Positions 50,120-60,332 of a DNA stretch of 64,000 bases are shown here, piece by piece. Below the pieces are notes generated by a model. That model saw only the letters and a program-made list of their open reading frames with translations, was not told the origin of the DNA and did not search any database. The position numbers were made by a program, and so were the translations under genes. The first letter of the stretch is position 1; each line of letters begins with the position of its first letter. Source of the stretch: an uncultured Alphaproteobacteria bacterium (GTDB lineage: Bacteria > Pseudomonadota > Alphaproteobacteria > Rs-D84); assembly GCA_944392815.1 (NCBI GenBank), contig CALXXY010000001.1, positions 1 through 64,000 of the forward strand. The letters run 5' to 3'.

Positions 50120-50438
50120 TCATAATATGCACATGGAAATGAAACACACTTTGGCCAGCGCCGGCCCCAGTATTCGCAACCGTGCGAAAATTATCGCGCA
50201 GCCCCAATATGTCCACAGTTTTGCGCACGGCCGCCCAAAATCCGGCCTGTAATTCCGCAGGGGCGTTGGCAGAAAAATCATAGATGTCTGTGTATTCGCC
50301 CTTTGGTACAACCAAAACGTGCGTTTTTGCGCGGGGTGCGATATTCTGAAACGCCAGCGCAAAATCATCTTCGAAAATTTTGGTTGATGGCGCGTCGCCC
50401 CGCAGAATTTTTGCAAATATATTATCTTTGTCGTACAT
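50091..50438 (-). CDS. HIT family nucleotide hydrolase
   Basis: NIFAKILRG, HVLVVPK, GQSVFHFHVHI. Confidence 0.92.
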   Translation of the reverse strand: MYDKDNIFAKILRGDAPSTKIFEDDFALAFQNIAPRAKTHVLVVPKGEYTDIYDFSANAPAELQAGFWAAVRKTVDILGLRDNFRTVANTGAGAGQSVFHFHVHIMSDERFKTDF

Positions 50439-50496
50439 GATTTACCCCCTGTATTTCACCCCACAGCGTATTATATACTGTGGATAAAATCAAGCA

Positions 50497-50524
50497 CTTG
50501 AAATCGTAATGTGGTGCACTATAT
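50497..50524 (+). promoter_or_regulatory. RpoH (sigma32)-type promoter of groESL
   Basis: CTTGAA-N14-CACTATAT upstream of groES. Confidence 0.5.
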
Positions 50525-50566
50525 TCACCCCTGACGAAGTTATAGACATAAAAGGAGAATGAAATT

Positions 50567-50854
50567 ATGTTCAAACCTTTGCATAACTATGTTCTGTTGG
50601 AACGTATAGAAGAAGAAAACAAAACAGCCGGCGGAATTATTATCCCTGATAATGCCAAAGAAAAACCGTCCCGTGGTCGTGTTATCGCGGTGGGCGATGG
50701 CGCATTTGATGGCGACGACAGGGTTCCTATGACTGTCCAGGTTGGTAATGTGGTATTATTTGCAAAATGGGCCGCGTCCGCGAACGAGGTCAAAATTGAC
50801 GGCAAAGATTATGTGCTGGTCAAAGAAACTGATATTTTGGGAATTTTGGAATAA
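50567..50854 (+). CDS. groES: Co-chaperonin GroES
   Basis: KPLH, KTAGGIIIPDNAKEKP, ETDILGI. Confidence 0.96.
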   Translation: MFKPLHNYVLLERIEEENKTAGGIIIPDNAKEKPSRGRVIAVGDGAFDGDDRVPMTVQVGNVVLFAKWAASANEVKIDGKDYVLVKETDILGILE

Positions 50855-50872
50855 TCAAAGGATAAATACATC

Positions 50873-52489
50873 ATGGCAAAAGAAATTGTTTTTGATACAG
50901 ATAAAATGGTGGCAGGGGTCGATAAATTGGCCAATGCCGTTAAAATTACTATGGGCCCCAAGGGTCGCACTGTTGTGATTGATAAATCGTACGGCGCGCC
51001 TGTTGCGACAAAAGATGGTGTGACCGTCGCCAAAGCGGTATCGTTAAAAGATCCCCAGGAAAACATTGGTGCGCGCATGGTTCAGGAAGTTGCCAAAAAG
51101 GCCGGCGATGACGCTGGTGACGGCACGACCACTGCAACCGTATTGGCGCAAAAAATTATTCGCGAAGGTCGCCGTGTAATCGCGGCCGGTATGAATCCTA
51201 TGGACGTGAAACGCGGTATTGATATCGCAACAGCCGCCGTCGTGGCCGACATCGAAAAACACGCACGCCCGGTCAAGGACAGCGCTGAAATTGCCCAGGT
51301 TGCAACAATTTCCGCAAATTCAGATTCTGAAATTGGTGAAAAAATTGCCGGCGCCATGGAAAAAGTTGGCAAAGAAGGCGTTATCACCGTCGAAGAGGCC
51401 AAAGGTCTGGAAACAGAAATCGACGTTGTCGAAGGCATGCAATTCGACCAGGGTTTCATGTCGCCCTATTTCGTGACCAACAGCGAAAAAATGTTGGCTG
51501 AATTGGACGGCGCGCAAATTTTGGTGTCTGAAAAGAAAATCACAGGGCTGCAGGCATTGTTGCCTATATTGGAACCTGTGGCGCAATCCGGCCGGCCGTT
51601 GCTGATTATCGCCGAAGACGTCGAATCCGAAGCGTTGGCAACATTGGTTTTGAACAAACTGCGTGGCGGATTAAAAGTTTGCGCAGTCAAAGCCCCGGGA
51701 TTCGGCGACAGACGCAAAGAAATGTTAAAAGATATCGCCGCTGTCACCGGTGCAACTGTGATTTCTGACGATATGGGCATGACATTTGAAAATATTACAC
51801 CGGACGTTTTGGGCAGTGCTAAAAAAGTCGTTGTGGCCAAAGATTCAACTCTGTTGGCACAGGGCAATGGCGACAAAGCGGCCATTAATGCACGCGCGGA
51901 CGAAATCCGTAAATTAATGTCCACCAGCACCAGCGATTATGACCGCGAAAAATTGGCGGAACGTTTGGCTAAACTGGTCGGTGGCGTCGCTGTTATCAAA
52001 GTCGGCGGCATGACCGAGGTCGAAGTCAAAGAAAAGAAAGACCGCGTTGACGACGCGTTGGCTGCAACACGCGCCGCCGTGGCCGAAGGCATCGTTGCCG
52101 GGGGCGGAATCGCACTGGTTCGCGCAACGGCCGCGTTGGAAAAATTGACTGGGGCGAACACGGACCAAAATGTCGGTATCGACATTGTACGCCGTGCGCT
52201 GGTTGCACCATGCGCCCAGATTGCTGAAAACGCGGGCGTGTCGGGCGAAATTGTCGTTGGCAAAGTTATGGACGCCAAAGATTACAATTTCGGATACAAC
52301 GCGCAAACTGGCGAATATGTCGATATGATGAAATCCGGTATTATCGATCCGGCCAAGGTTGTAAAAACAGCCATACAGGCCGCAGCCAGCACAGCAGGCG
52401 TATTGCTGACGACTGGCGCAGTAATGTCCGATATACCCGAGGATAAACCCGCCCCGCAAATGGGTGGCGGCATGCCGGGCATGATGTAA
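50873..52489 (+). CDS. groEL: Chaperonin GroEL
   Basis: [39 protein letters not shown] tail. Confidence 0.97.
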   Translation: MAKEIVFDTDKMVAGVDKLANAVKITMGPKGRTVVIDKSYGAPVATKDGVTVAKAVSLKDPQENIGARMVQEVAKKAGDDAGDGTTTATVLAQKIIREGRRVIAAGMNPMDVKRGIDIATAAVVADIEKHARPVKDSAEIAQVATISANSDSEIGEKIAGAMEKVGKEGVITVEEAKGLETEIDVVEGMQFDQGFMSPYFVTNSEKMLAELDGAQILVSEKKITGLQALLPILEPVAQSGRPLLIIAEDVESEALATLVLNKLRGGLKVCAVKAPGFGDRRKEMLKDIAAVTGATVISDDMGMTFENITPDVLGSAKKVVVAKDSTLLAQGNGDKAAINARADEIRKLMSTSTSDYDREKLAERLAKLVGGVAVIKVGGMTEVEVKEKKDRVDDALAATRAAVAEGIVAGGGIALVRATAALEKLTGANTDQNVGIDIVRRALVAPCAQIAENAGVSGEIVVGKVMDAKDYNFGYNAQTGEYVDMMKSGIIDPAKVVKTAIQAAASTAGVLLTTGAVMSDIPEDKPAPQMGGGMPGMM

Positions 52490-52517
52490 TAAAAACGGGG
52501 CGTCTGCCCCGTTTTTA

Positions 52518-52925
52518 TTAGAGTGTAGAGTGGAGAGTATAGAGTGTAGATAATGTCTGCGGGCGAATGCCCGCAGTGCTTTTTTATTTACTGGATCGCC
52601 ACGCTTTGCTCGCGATGACAATGGAGAGTAAGTGCATATTCTTGAACTCTCTCACCACCCCGCCCTGCGGGCACCCCTCCAATGGAGGGGAACTGATTCC
52701 GCGACGGGACGAAAGCCAAGTTCCCCTCTGCGGAGGGGTGCCGGCTATGCCGGCGGGGTGGTCATTGTGCCCCACCCCCCGTCGTGCTCTGCACGACACC
52801 CCCCGCCCAGAACCACCCACGCAAACTATGTTTGCGCGGGGCCCGGTGTGGCGGTGGGCATTCTGATATTTCACCATTCGTATGCCACTGCCCCAACATG
52901 GGGCGGGGGGTATTCGGGTGCAGGA
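52518..52925 (+). repeat. Modular intergenic repeat, copy 5
   Basis: 52518-52775 near-identical to 19158-19415; 52840-52890 shared with 14985-15040. Confidence 0.88.
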
Positions 52926-52940
52926 TTTTAATTTGCGGGG

Positions 52941-53147
52941 GTGACGATTGTACCGCCGCCGGGCAGAACTGGTGTGATTTCGCCGCCGGGAACGGGGTCA
53001 AACGTACATGGTGCGGCTAGTGTTGTGGCGCACGCAACGCCGCACAACATGGGAATAACCGGGTGCTATGTCCAGGCCCAGGATACTTTTTATGACCCCA
53101 GCGGGACGTGGGTTTATGATTCTGATTGCCCATACTATCCAGAATAG
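52941..53147 (+). pseudogene. Possible C-terminal remnant of a Cys-rich exported protein
   Basis: ITGCYVQAQDTFYDPSGTWVYDSDCPYYPE* tail followed by a terminator; no convincing start; abuts repeat copy 5. Confidence 0.35.
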
Positions 53148-53207
53148 TAATCCGAAACAGATATAAAAAATGGCGCGATATTTTTATTGCGCCATTTTTT
53201 AGTGTAA

Positions 53208-53750
53208 TTAATGCTGGTTTTGTTTTTTGGCCCAGCGGGTAATTACATCGTTATTGAATTTTTCATATTTATCGCGCAATTCAATTGAACGTGTGCACCA
53301 TTGCGATGATTCTGGGATTACAAAATCCCACGGGCCGGGCAATGTGTTTGCGCGGCGTGGTGAATCATTGTTGTCGTCCGATGTGGCGGACATTTTTGTC
53401 AATTCTGTTTCAGATATGATTTTTTTATAGTCCGGTTTTATTTGCGTTTCCGCCGGTCCATAAATATATTCTATGTACCCGCATGAATTTGGCATTAATC
53501 CAGAACGCAATACCACCGGCACATTTACTTTGTTGCAATATATACGGTGGTTCAGACGCGTGTTGTATACCCTGCACCGTTGGGTGTCCAGGTTTAAATT
53601 TTTGCATGCGACACTGGTATAATACACGCCCGCACGACGCGTATGTTTCAACAGGCAACATACACCACAACCCTTGCACAAAGATTCCCATTGTTCGTCG
53701 TTCAATGTGGCCAGTTTTTCTATGCGTTCCTGAATTTGTTTTTCTGTCAT
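53208..53750 (-). CDS. YcgN (UPF0260) cysteine-cluster protein
   Basis: EQWESLCKGCGVCCLLK, YTSVAC..L, CRVY..R, MPNSCGY. Confidence 0.82.
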   Translation of the reverse strand: MTEKQIQERIEKLATLNDEQWESLCKGCGVCCLLKHTRRAGVYYTSVACKNLNLDTQRCRVYNTRLNHRIYCNKVNVPVVLRSGLMPNSCGYIEYIYGPAETQIKPDYKKIISETELTKMSATSDDNNDSPRRANTLPGPWDFVIPESSQWCTRSIELRDKYEKFNNDVITRWAKKQNQH

Positions 53751-53796
53751 GATTATTTATTATCCTTTTGTTATAACGGTTTGTGATAGCCCCCTT

Positions 53797-54669
53797 CTAG
53801 CGGCTTAGGAACAAACTGCGATCATTGGCCAGGAAATAGCGGCGCCCGGGCATTGCACACATAAATTTATGCAAATATCGCAACGAGTTTTGTATCATTG
53901 CTGTTTCCAATGTCTGTGCATTTTCCACCATCAGGCGCAATTTCTGCAGGCGCGCCAAATCAAATACGTTTTCGCCGGCCGTTTCTGCGTTGTTGTTATA
54001 TTTAATTTCCACCAAAAAATTCTGGAAATTGTTGTTAATGTATTTCAGACGCGATACCTGGTCGTCCAATTTTATATACGGCAAAATGCCCATGGCAACG
54101 ATTGTGTTCAATTCACCATCGGCCGCCATATTTTTCGCTGTGTCCCATGAAATGCTGTGCGGGGCGCGACCAAACACGCGTTCAGACGCAATACTGTAAA
54201 CATCGATTATTTCAGGTTTGTCGTCAATGCAATATGCGTCGGTTGTGTTGTATTGCGCCTGGATAATCGGGGCCAATGGCGACAGGCCACAGCCCAAATC
54301 CACAAATTTAATATCCTGGTTGTTGGCGATTTTATTCGTCAGGAAATTTATACTTTCTGAAAAACGTATGGCATAGTGCAACGAATGCAACGGCACGTTG
54401 CGCGCCGATTCCACACATTTCGCCGGGAAAGTATCCGACGCCAACGTGTTATTCAAAATTTTACGTCCCATTTGCCCCAGATGTGCGCTGTATTGCGATG
54501 ATTTTAAAATGTCAACCAATGCGCAATTCCATTCGTGCACATATTTTTTCGTTTCGCGCGACAATGGCGCAATGTTGTGCACGTATTTTTTTAACGCTGG
54601 TTCCAAAAACATACTGCACGACAAAGGAACGTCAATCGTGCCGTAATTTTGTTTATTTGATTTTGTCAT
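53797..54669 (-). CDS. Putative SAM-dependent methyltransferase
   Basis: FVDLGCGLSP motif I; IVAMGILPYI. Confidence 0.6.
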   Translation of the reverse strand: MTKSNKQNYGTIDVPLSCSMFLEPALKKYVHNIAPLSRETKKYVHEWNCALVDILKSSQYSAHLGQMGRKILNNTLASDTFPAKCVESARNVPLHSLHYAIRFSESINFLTNKIANNQDIKFVDLGCGLSPLAPIIQAQYNTTDAYCIDDKPEIIDVYSIASERVFGRAPHSISWDTAKNMAADGELNTIVAMGILPYIKLDDQVSRLKYINNNFQNFLVEIKYNNNAETAGENVFDLARLQKLRLMVENAQTLETAMIQNSLRYLHKFMCAMPGRRYFLANDRSLFLSR

Positions 54670-54731
54670 AATTTTTCCTGATTGTTGTGAGATATAGTAC
54701 AAAATTTATATTTTGTCAATATATTTAATGG

Positions 54732-55457
54732 TTAAATTTCTGGTTGCCATTGTCCGAAATCGTCGTGTGTGGCGCCCGGGACAACGACTGTATTTGCCCC
54801 GCCCGTCCATTTAAAAGACAACGAATTTGGAACTGTTTGGTCGTTTTCCGCCACGTAATGTGTTTGTTGAATACGCGGCAACGTGTCCATGTTTATGGAC
54901 GATTTCAGCGGGCTGTCGCCGAAATATTCGGTCCAATCAGCATGATTTAAAACGCCCGCGATTGTTATCCATTTTTCCACATTTATCTGCGGATATTTTT
55001 GGATAATTAATCCGGCCGCCAATGCCCCGCCCGAATATCCAATCAGAACAACTGGACGCGCGGCGGCCACCTGGGTCACCGCTGTGGCCATTGAATCAAT
55101 CACACGGGGCGAAAAACGGCCATCTGTCCAATCGGACGTGTTGCACGACGGCGACATTATATATTGGCATGGACGTGCCATATACACCACGTTTGGCGCG
55201 GCGTCACGCGCAGCCCATTCGCGAACCTGGGTGCCGTGGGGCGTCGGGTCGGCGGTCGGCATGCCGCGGCCATTGAATGCGTGGCCGTCACCTTCGATAT
55301 AAATATGGACGGGGGCGGTTGTATCTGTGATTTTTTGCCAGGTGGCGATTTCAAATATGCCTGTATCAATCGGATTATATATAAAATCGTCCGGCGCATG
55401 CCAATCAGACACGCACCCGGCCAATAATAAAATCAGTAAAATCCCAACCCGTGACAT
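54732..55457 (-). CDS. Alpha/beta hydrolase lipoprotein
   Basis: Lipobox LAGC; IYIEGDG, ARPCQY, IGYSGG, catalytic D and H; start at 55457. Confidence 0.82.
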   Translation of the reverse strand: MSRVGILLILLLAGCVSDWHAPDDFIYNPIDTGIFEIATWQKITDTTAPVHIYIEGDGHAFNGRGMPTADPTPHGTQVREWAARDAAPNVVYMARPCQYIMSPSCNTSDWTDGRFSPRVIDSMATAVTQVAAARPVVLIGYSGGALAAGLIIQKYPQINVEKWITIAGVLNHADWTEYFGDSPLKSSINMDTLPRIQQTHYVAENDQTVPNSLSFKWTGGANTVVVPGATHDDFGQWQPEI

Positions 55458-55600
55458 ACGCGGTATAATACCGCAATCCGCGTCAATCGTCAAATCTTGT
55501 CGGCAAATATATTTCCGTTTGACAAATTGTTGACAAAATACTTGACAAATATGTTTTTGGGGTCATAATAGTATTAGAAATTAACAAAAAGGGTGAGCAC

Positions 55601-56374
55601 ATGTTCAAAGCATTGAAAATGAAAATCGCGGCGCGGCGCATGAATCGCAGTGGCGCGAAAAAGCGCACTGCCCGCAACAGTGTGCGTCGCAAAAATTCAC
55701 GTCGCCCATCGTTTTGGGCGCGCATGTGGAATGCGATTTGCGTGCCGTTTCGTGCGATTGCACGTTGGGCCCGCGCATTTTGGCGCTGGGTTCGCAGCAT
55801 TGATTTAATCGGGTTGGTTAATATCACGCTGTTGTCCGCAATCGTAGTTTTATTTTCTATGCTGATTATGGATTTCGTTGGTTGTGGTAAAAAACAGGTC
55901 ATTATTATCGCGAAAAATAATACGCCTGAAATCGTGCGCACAACTGATGACGCCCCACAAATGCACCGTGTGGTGCGCGCACGCACTGTTAAATTGCCAA
56001 TGAAACAAACGACCAAACGCGAATTAATCGGCGCGCCGGTCAATGTTGCACGCACAACACCCGACAAAGTGGCCGTCGCCCAGACCGCCCGCACAGGCAA
56101 AGTCATGTTTGGTGACGTTATTGTCGACAGCCGTGGCGCCGCGACTATGTTAAAGCCCGGCGATACAGTGCGTGGAAATTTATATCTGCAGAATATGCGC
56201 AAATATGTTTTGCCGCGCGACATTCGCATCGAAGGCAACCTGTTCCTGCGTGATATGGGCATGTTGCAATTTGGCGGTCAATTCACAGTGACTGGCAATA
56301 TCTATGTGACGCCGTCGTCTTCGTTCGGGCCAATTCCGGGCAACGCGCGCATCGGTGGCCAGGTGATTTTATAA
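55601..56374 (+). CDS. hypothetical membrane-anchored protein with short beta-repeat C-terminus
   Basis: Arg-rich N-terminus, one TM, xVxGNLxL repeats. Confidence 0.65.
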   Translation: MFKALKMKIAARRMNRSGAKKRTARNSVRRKNSRRPSFWARMWNAICVPFRAIARWARAFWRWVRSIDLIGLVNITLLSAIVVLFSMLIMDFVGCGKKQVIIIAKNNTPEIVRTTDDAPQMHRVVRARTVKLPMKQTTKRELIGAPVNVARTTPDKVAVAQTARTGKVMFGDVIVDSRGAATMLKPGDTVRGNLYLQNMRKYVLPRDIRIEGNLFLRDMGMLQFGGQFTVTGNIYVTPSSSFGPIPGNARIGGQVIL

Positions 56375-56486
56375 GTTTTTTATTTTCAGTTCCCCTGTTA
56401 AACGGTTGCGTTTATGCAACCGTTTTTTGTGGATTTTTTATTCAAAATATGATATAATGCGTTCGTCCAAACGATGGGGGGATTAT

Positions 56487-56756
56487 ATGAATACTTTTGA
56501 AAAAATTTTGAATGTTTTGGGTAAAAACCTGGCGTATACAATCGTGTTGATTATCGCGGTGATATTTTTTGCATATTTTTCAGATGGACTGATTCCGGGA
56601 TTAATTACCGCGTTCAGTGCGCTGATTGCATATGTTTGTGGGGCTGGGTTGTATCGCGAATTCAAAATCGCGTTTTCTGGCAAAAAAACTGTCAGCGCAA
56701 CGGTGAAAAAATCACCTGCGAAAAAAACAGGCGCAAAAAAAACATCAAAAAAATAA
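56487..56756 (+). CDS. small membrane protein with Lys-rich tail
   Basis: GGGGGGA RBS, two TM helices, KKSPAKKTGAKKTSKK. Confidence 0.6.
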   Translation: MNTFEKILNVLGKNLAYTIVLIIAVIFFAYFSDGLIPGLITAFSALIAYVCGAGLYREFKIAFSGKKTVSATVKKSPAKKTGAKKTSKK

Positions 56757-56801
56757 ATTTAATTTATCAAATAAAAAATCCCGCGGTTGCGGGATTTTTT
56801 A

Positions 56802-57152
56802 TTATTGATTTTCCTGGCCTGGGGCGGAATCACCCGTTTCACCCGGAATGGCGGATTCAGCCGGGGCGTTGCCCTGTTGTACGATTTCGCTGCGCAAATC
56901 ACTTTGTTGGGTGGCAATGTCTGATTTTGCCGAAACCAGTGCCAACAATGCGCACAACACGAAAAATATAGTCGCCAACCACGCCGTTGCACGGGTTAAA
57001 AAATTCCCGGCGGCCGCGCCCGTTAACGCGCCACCAAACATAGATGCCGCGGCGGAACCGGACATACCGCTGCCCTCGGATTTTTGCAGCAAAATTATGC
57101 CCGTCATCAAAATTGCAACAATGATTAATAATACCAGTAAAATTGTAAACAT
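56802..57152 (-). CDS. secG: Preprotein translocase subunit SecG
   Basis: ILLQKSEGSG, GNFLTRATAWLATIFF. Confidence 0.9.
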   Translation of the reverse strand: MFTILLVLLIIVAILMTGIILLQKSEGSGMSGSAAASMFGGALTGAAAGNFLTRATAWLATIFFVLCALLALVSAKSDIATQQSDLRSEIVQQGNAPAESAIPGETGDSAPGQENQ

Positions 57153-57179
57153 GTGTTAATCCCTTGGTTGGTGGTAATT

Positions 57180-57827
57180 TTATATGTCCGCGCCGTCAAT
57201 TGCAAGTTTTTTCAGCAATGCGTCCGCGGCGGCGATACTGGCCGATTTTTTCGAAGTGCCCGCCCCCGTCGCGCTGTGGCCCATGGCGGTCACGCGAACA
57301 TTAAACGTTGGTTTATGCGACGCACCGGTCGGTTCCAGGTATTCGTATTCAGGCAATGCGCCGTTATCCATTTTTTGCACCAATTCCTGTAATGCAGTTT
57401 TGGAATCTTTTGGTGCGATTGGGTCGGCCGCCGCCAAATCGCGCCACAGTTCAACAATTATCGCACGCGCCGCGTCAAAACCGCCATCGATAAAGATGGC
57501 GCCAAATACGGCCTCCATCGCGTTGGCACAGATGTGCTGAATGCGGCCGGCTGTCATATGACCATGATGAATTTTTTTATCCAGCCCCAGTTGGGTTGCA
57601 ACGCGTGCCAACGTTTCTGTGGAAACCAGTGTGGCGTGACGACGCGCCAGTTCGCCTTCGTGTTCGGTCGGGAACATTTCATACAGCAGCGCCGCCACCG
57701 ACAACCCCAGCACGCGATCGCCGACGAATTCCAATCGTTCGTTATTATGTTCTGCGTTGGCACCGCTTTGCGTTAATGCCAATTCCAACAATTCTGGATT
57801 TTTAAAAGTATAATTTAATTTTGCCAC
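57180..57827 (-). CDS. rnc: Ribonuclease III
   Basis: NERLEFVGDRVLGL, EAVFGAIFIDGG, dsRBD KTALQE; lepB-rnc order. Confidence 0.93.
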   Translation of the reverse strand: MAKLNYTFKNPELLELALTQSGANAEHNNERLEFVGDRVLGLSVAALLYEMFPTEHEGELARRHATLVSTETLARVATQLGLDKKIHHGHMTAGRIQHICANAMEAVFGAIFIDGGFDAARAIIVELWRDLAAADPIAPKDSKTALQELVQKMDNGALPEYEYLEPTGASHKPTFNVRVTAMGHSATGAGTSKKSASIAAADALLKKLAIDGADI

Positions 57828-57828
57828 G

Positions 57829-58716
57829 TTAATCTATCCCCATGCCTATTCTGTCCCAGCGCATTTTATTGCCCCAATTCCATACTGCCAACATAGACGA
57901 ATAGTAATTGTGCGAATACCATATAAACCACACCGGCCCCAGTACATTATCGCGCGGGACATACCCGATATCAGCCCGGCTGTCGCCACTGTTATCACGA
58001 TTATCACCCATAAAGAAATAATGATTTTCCGGCACAGTGAACATCATGGTGTTGTCCAGGGGTCCTTCGTCGGTTAATTCAACTATGCTGTGTGTGACGC
58101 CATTTGGTAATGTTTCTGTATATTCTGTGCCCATAAATACGCCACATTCCCACTGATATTTATTACAAAAATCGTCGTCTTTGTATTCTATGGTGTAATC
58201 AAATTCTGCCGGGGCATTATCGACCCAGATTTTATTGCCCTTTATCACCATGTTTTTTTCTGGGATATGATATCCGGCACTGCGCAAAGATTTACGCAAT
58301 GTGGCAATTACATACGGCCGCGGATTATCGCGCGGCACCATTTCGCCGTTTATATACAGGCGGCCATCTGTCATTTGAATCGTGTCGCCAGGTTTGCCAA
58401 TTAACCGTTTAACATAATCCTGGGATTCATTGATTGGATTACGGAATACTATGACATCACCGATTTCCGGTTCGTGACCGAAAAAGCGCCCGTCCCATAA
58501 ATGCCACGACCCAAACGGAAAAGAATAGCGCGAATACCCGTACGGCCATTTTTCAACAAAAATATGATCGCCCACATGCAATGTCGGTATCATTGACCCA
58601 GACGGTATATTAAACGGTTCCAATAAAAAACTGCGAAACACTATGGCGATTAAAACACCGTAAAAAATGGTATTAAACCAATCGCGCGCAACATTAGATT
58701 TCTTTTTCAATGGCAT
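57829..58716 (-). CDS. lepB: Signal peptidase I
   Basis: IPSGSMIPTL, YVKRLIG, MGDNRDNSGDSR. Confidence 0.95.
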   Translation of the reverse strand: MPLKKKSNVARDWFNTIFYGVLIAIVFRSFLLEPFNIPSGSMIPTLHVGDHIFVEKWPYGYSRYSFPFGSWHLWDGRFFGHEPEIGDVIVFRNPINESQDYVKRLIGKPGDTIQMTDGRLYINGEMVPRDNPRPYVIATLRKSLRSAGYHIPEKNMVIKGNKIWVDNAPAEFDYTIEYKDDDFCNKYQWECGVFMGTEYTETLPNGVTHSIVELTDEGPLDNTMMFTVPENHYFFMGDNRDNSGDSRADIGYVPRDNVLGPVWFIWYSHNYYSSMLAVWNWGNKMRWDRIGMGID

Positions 58717-58786
58717 AATTTTCGTTTCCTTTGTCCGCCCTATTTTATAACTTGAATTGATTCAGCGCAAGTTTTAATATGCGCAT

Positions 58787-60310
58787 ATGATATCTTTGAA
58801 TTCAATCATATTTAATGGCATGGACGCAACACCCATTGATGTCCAGGTACAATTGTCCAGTGGCCTGTGCAAACAGGAATTTAACATTATCGGATTGGCG
58901 GATCGCGCGGTCAAAGAATCTGCCGAACGTATTCGCAATGTGTTGGGGGCATTGAATATATCTATGCCGCCACGGCGATTGACGGTGAATCTGTCGCCGG
59001 CCGACGTGGAAAAAACAGGGTCGCATTTTGATTTGCCGATTTTATGCGGGATATTATGCGCATTTGGCATTTTACCCGAAGCGGAATTGTCGAAATATGT
59101 GATTATTGGCGAAGTCGGACTGAATGGCGCAATCGTTAAAACAGACGGCGTATTACCCGCCAGTGTTTGGGCAAATCAACACAATATGGGCATTATTTGC
59201 CCCGGCGACCAGGGGACCGAGGCCCGATGGGCCGGGCACACCAATATTCTGGCGCCGTTTCACGTGCTGGAATTAATTAACCATTTCAAAGGCACGCAAA
59301 TTTTGCCTGTGCCGGAATTAACAAAAATTGAATCGGACGCGTCTGCGCATGTTGATATGGCCGAAGTGCATGGGCAATCTGCTGCGAAACGGGCGTTGGA
59401 AATCGCGGCCGCCGGCGGGCATGCAATGTTAATGGTTGGGCCGCCGGGGTCCGGGAAAACTATGTTGGCGTCGCGTTTGCCGACGATATTGCCAGAAATG
59501 ACGCCCGATGAAATTTTGGAAACGTCAATCATATATTCCATCGCGGGGCAATTAAATGGAAAATCGCTGATAACGACGCGGCCGTTTCGCAGTGTGCACC
59601 ATACGTCCAGTGCGGTATCACTGGCGGGCGGCGGGGCAGACGCACGCCCGGGCGAAATTTCATTGGCGCACAATGGGGTATTGTTTTTGGACGAATTGCC
59701 TGAATTTAATCGCGCCACATTGGAAATTTTACGTCAACCGATGGAGGCCGGAAAAATCATGGTTGCGCGCGCACGACGTACTGCGACATACCCGGCGCGT
59801 TTTCAATTAATCGCGGCCATGAATCCATGCCCGTGCGGGCATTTGGGGAATGCCGCCCTGGCCTGTTCGCGCGCGCCCCGCTGTGCCGAGGCATATCAGA
59901 ACAAAATTTCGGGCCCGTTATTGGACAGAATTGATTTACACGTTGATGTTGACGCGGTAAATCCGTGGGAAATGACCAACGCCGATAACGACACACCCGC
60001 AGAAACGTCCGCACAAATTCGCGCACGTGTTGTTGCCGCACGCAATCGGCAAATCGCGCGCCAGGGTGTGCCAAACGCACTGTTGGACGGGGCGGCGTTG
60101 GACGCCGCGGCCCCATTGTCGGCCGAATTAACAGAATTTTTAAATGGTGCCGCGGAAAAAATGGGCATGTCTGCGCGTGGATATAACAGAATAAAACGTA
60201 TTGCGCGCACAATCGCCGACCTGCGCGGGGCGGAAAATATTGAAATGTCCGACCTGGCCGAGGCATTATCATACCGTCCAATTAATCGTGGGAAATATGG
60301 CGCAAAATAA
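58787..60310 (+). CDS. comM: YifB/ComM Mg-chelatase-like AAA+ ATPase
   Basis: NLSPAD, GPPGSGKT, PGEISLAHNGVLFLDELPEF, AMNPCPCG, ARTIADL. Confidence 0.9.
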   Translation: MISLNSIIFNGMDATPIDVQVQLSSGLCKQEFNIIGLADRAVKESAERIRNVLGALNISMPPRRLTVNLSPADVEKTGSHFDLPILCGILCAFGILPEAELSKYVIIGEVGLNGAIVKTDGVLPASVWANQHNMGIICPGDQGTEARWAGHTNILAPFHVLELINHFKGTQILPVPELTKIESDASAHVDMAEVHGQSAAKRALEIAAAGGHAMLMVGPPGSGKTMLASRLPTILPEMTPDEILETSIIYSIAGQLNGKSLITTRPFRSVHHTSSAVSLAGGGADARPGEISLAHNGVLFLDELPEFNRATLEILRQPMEAGKIMVARARRTATYPARFQLIAAMNPCPCGHLGNAALACSRAPRCAEAYQNKISGPLLDRIDLHVDVDAVNPWEMTNADNDTPAETSAQIRARVVAARNRQIARQGVPNALLDGAALDAAAPLSAELTEFLNGAAEKMGMSARGYNRIKRIARTIADLRGAENIEMSDLAEALSYRPINRGKYGAK

Positions 60311-60332
60311 AAATCCGCAGATTGCGGATTTT

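Noticed and set aside
50479-50487. Perfect DnaA box (TGTGGATAA) as a replication origin
   Set aside because: A single box in a short intergenic region, with no cluster or unwinding element; at most regulatory.
50490-50520. CIRCE element before groES
   Set aside because: Does not match TTAGCACTC-N9-GAGTGCTAA; fits an RpoH-type promoter better.
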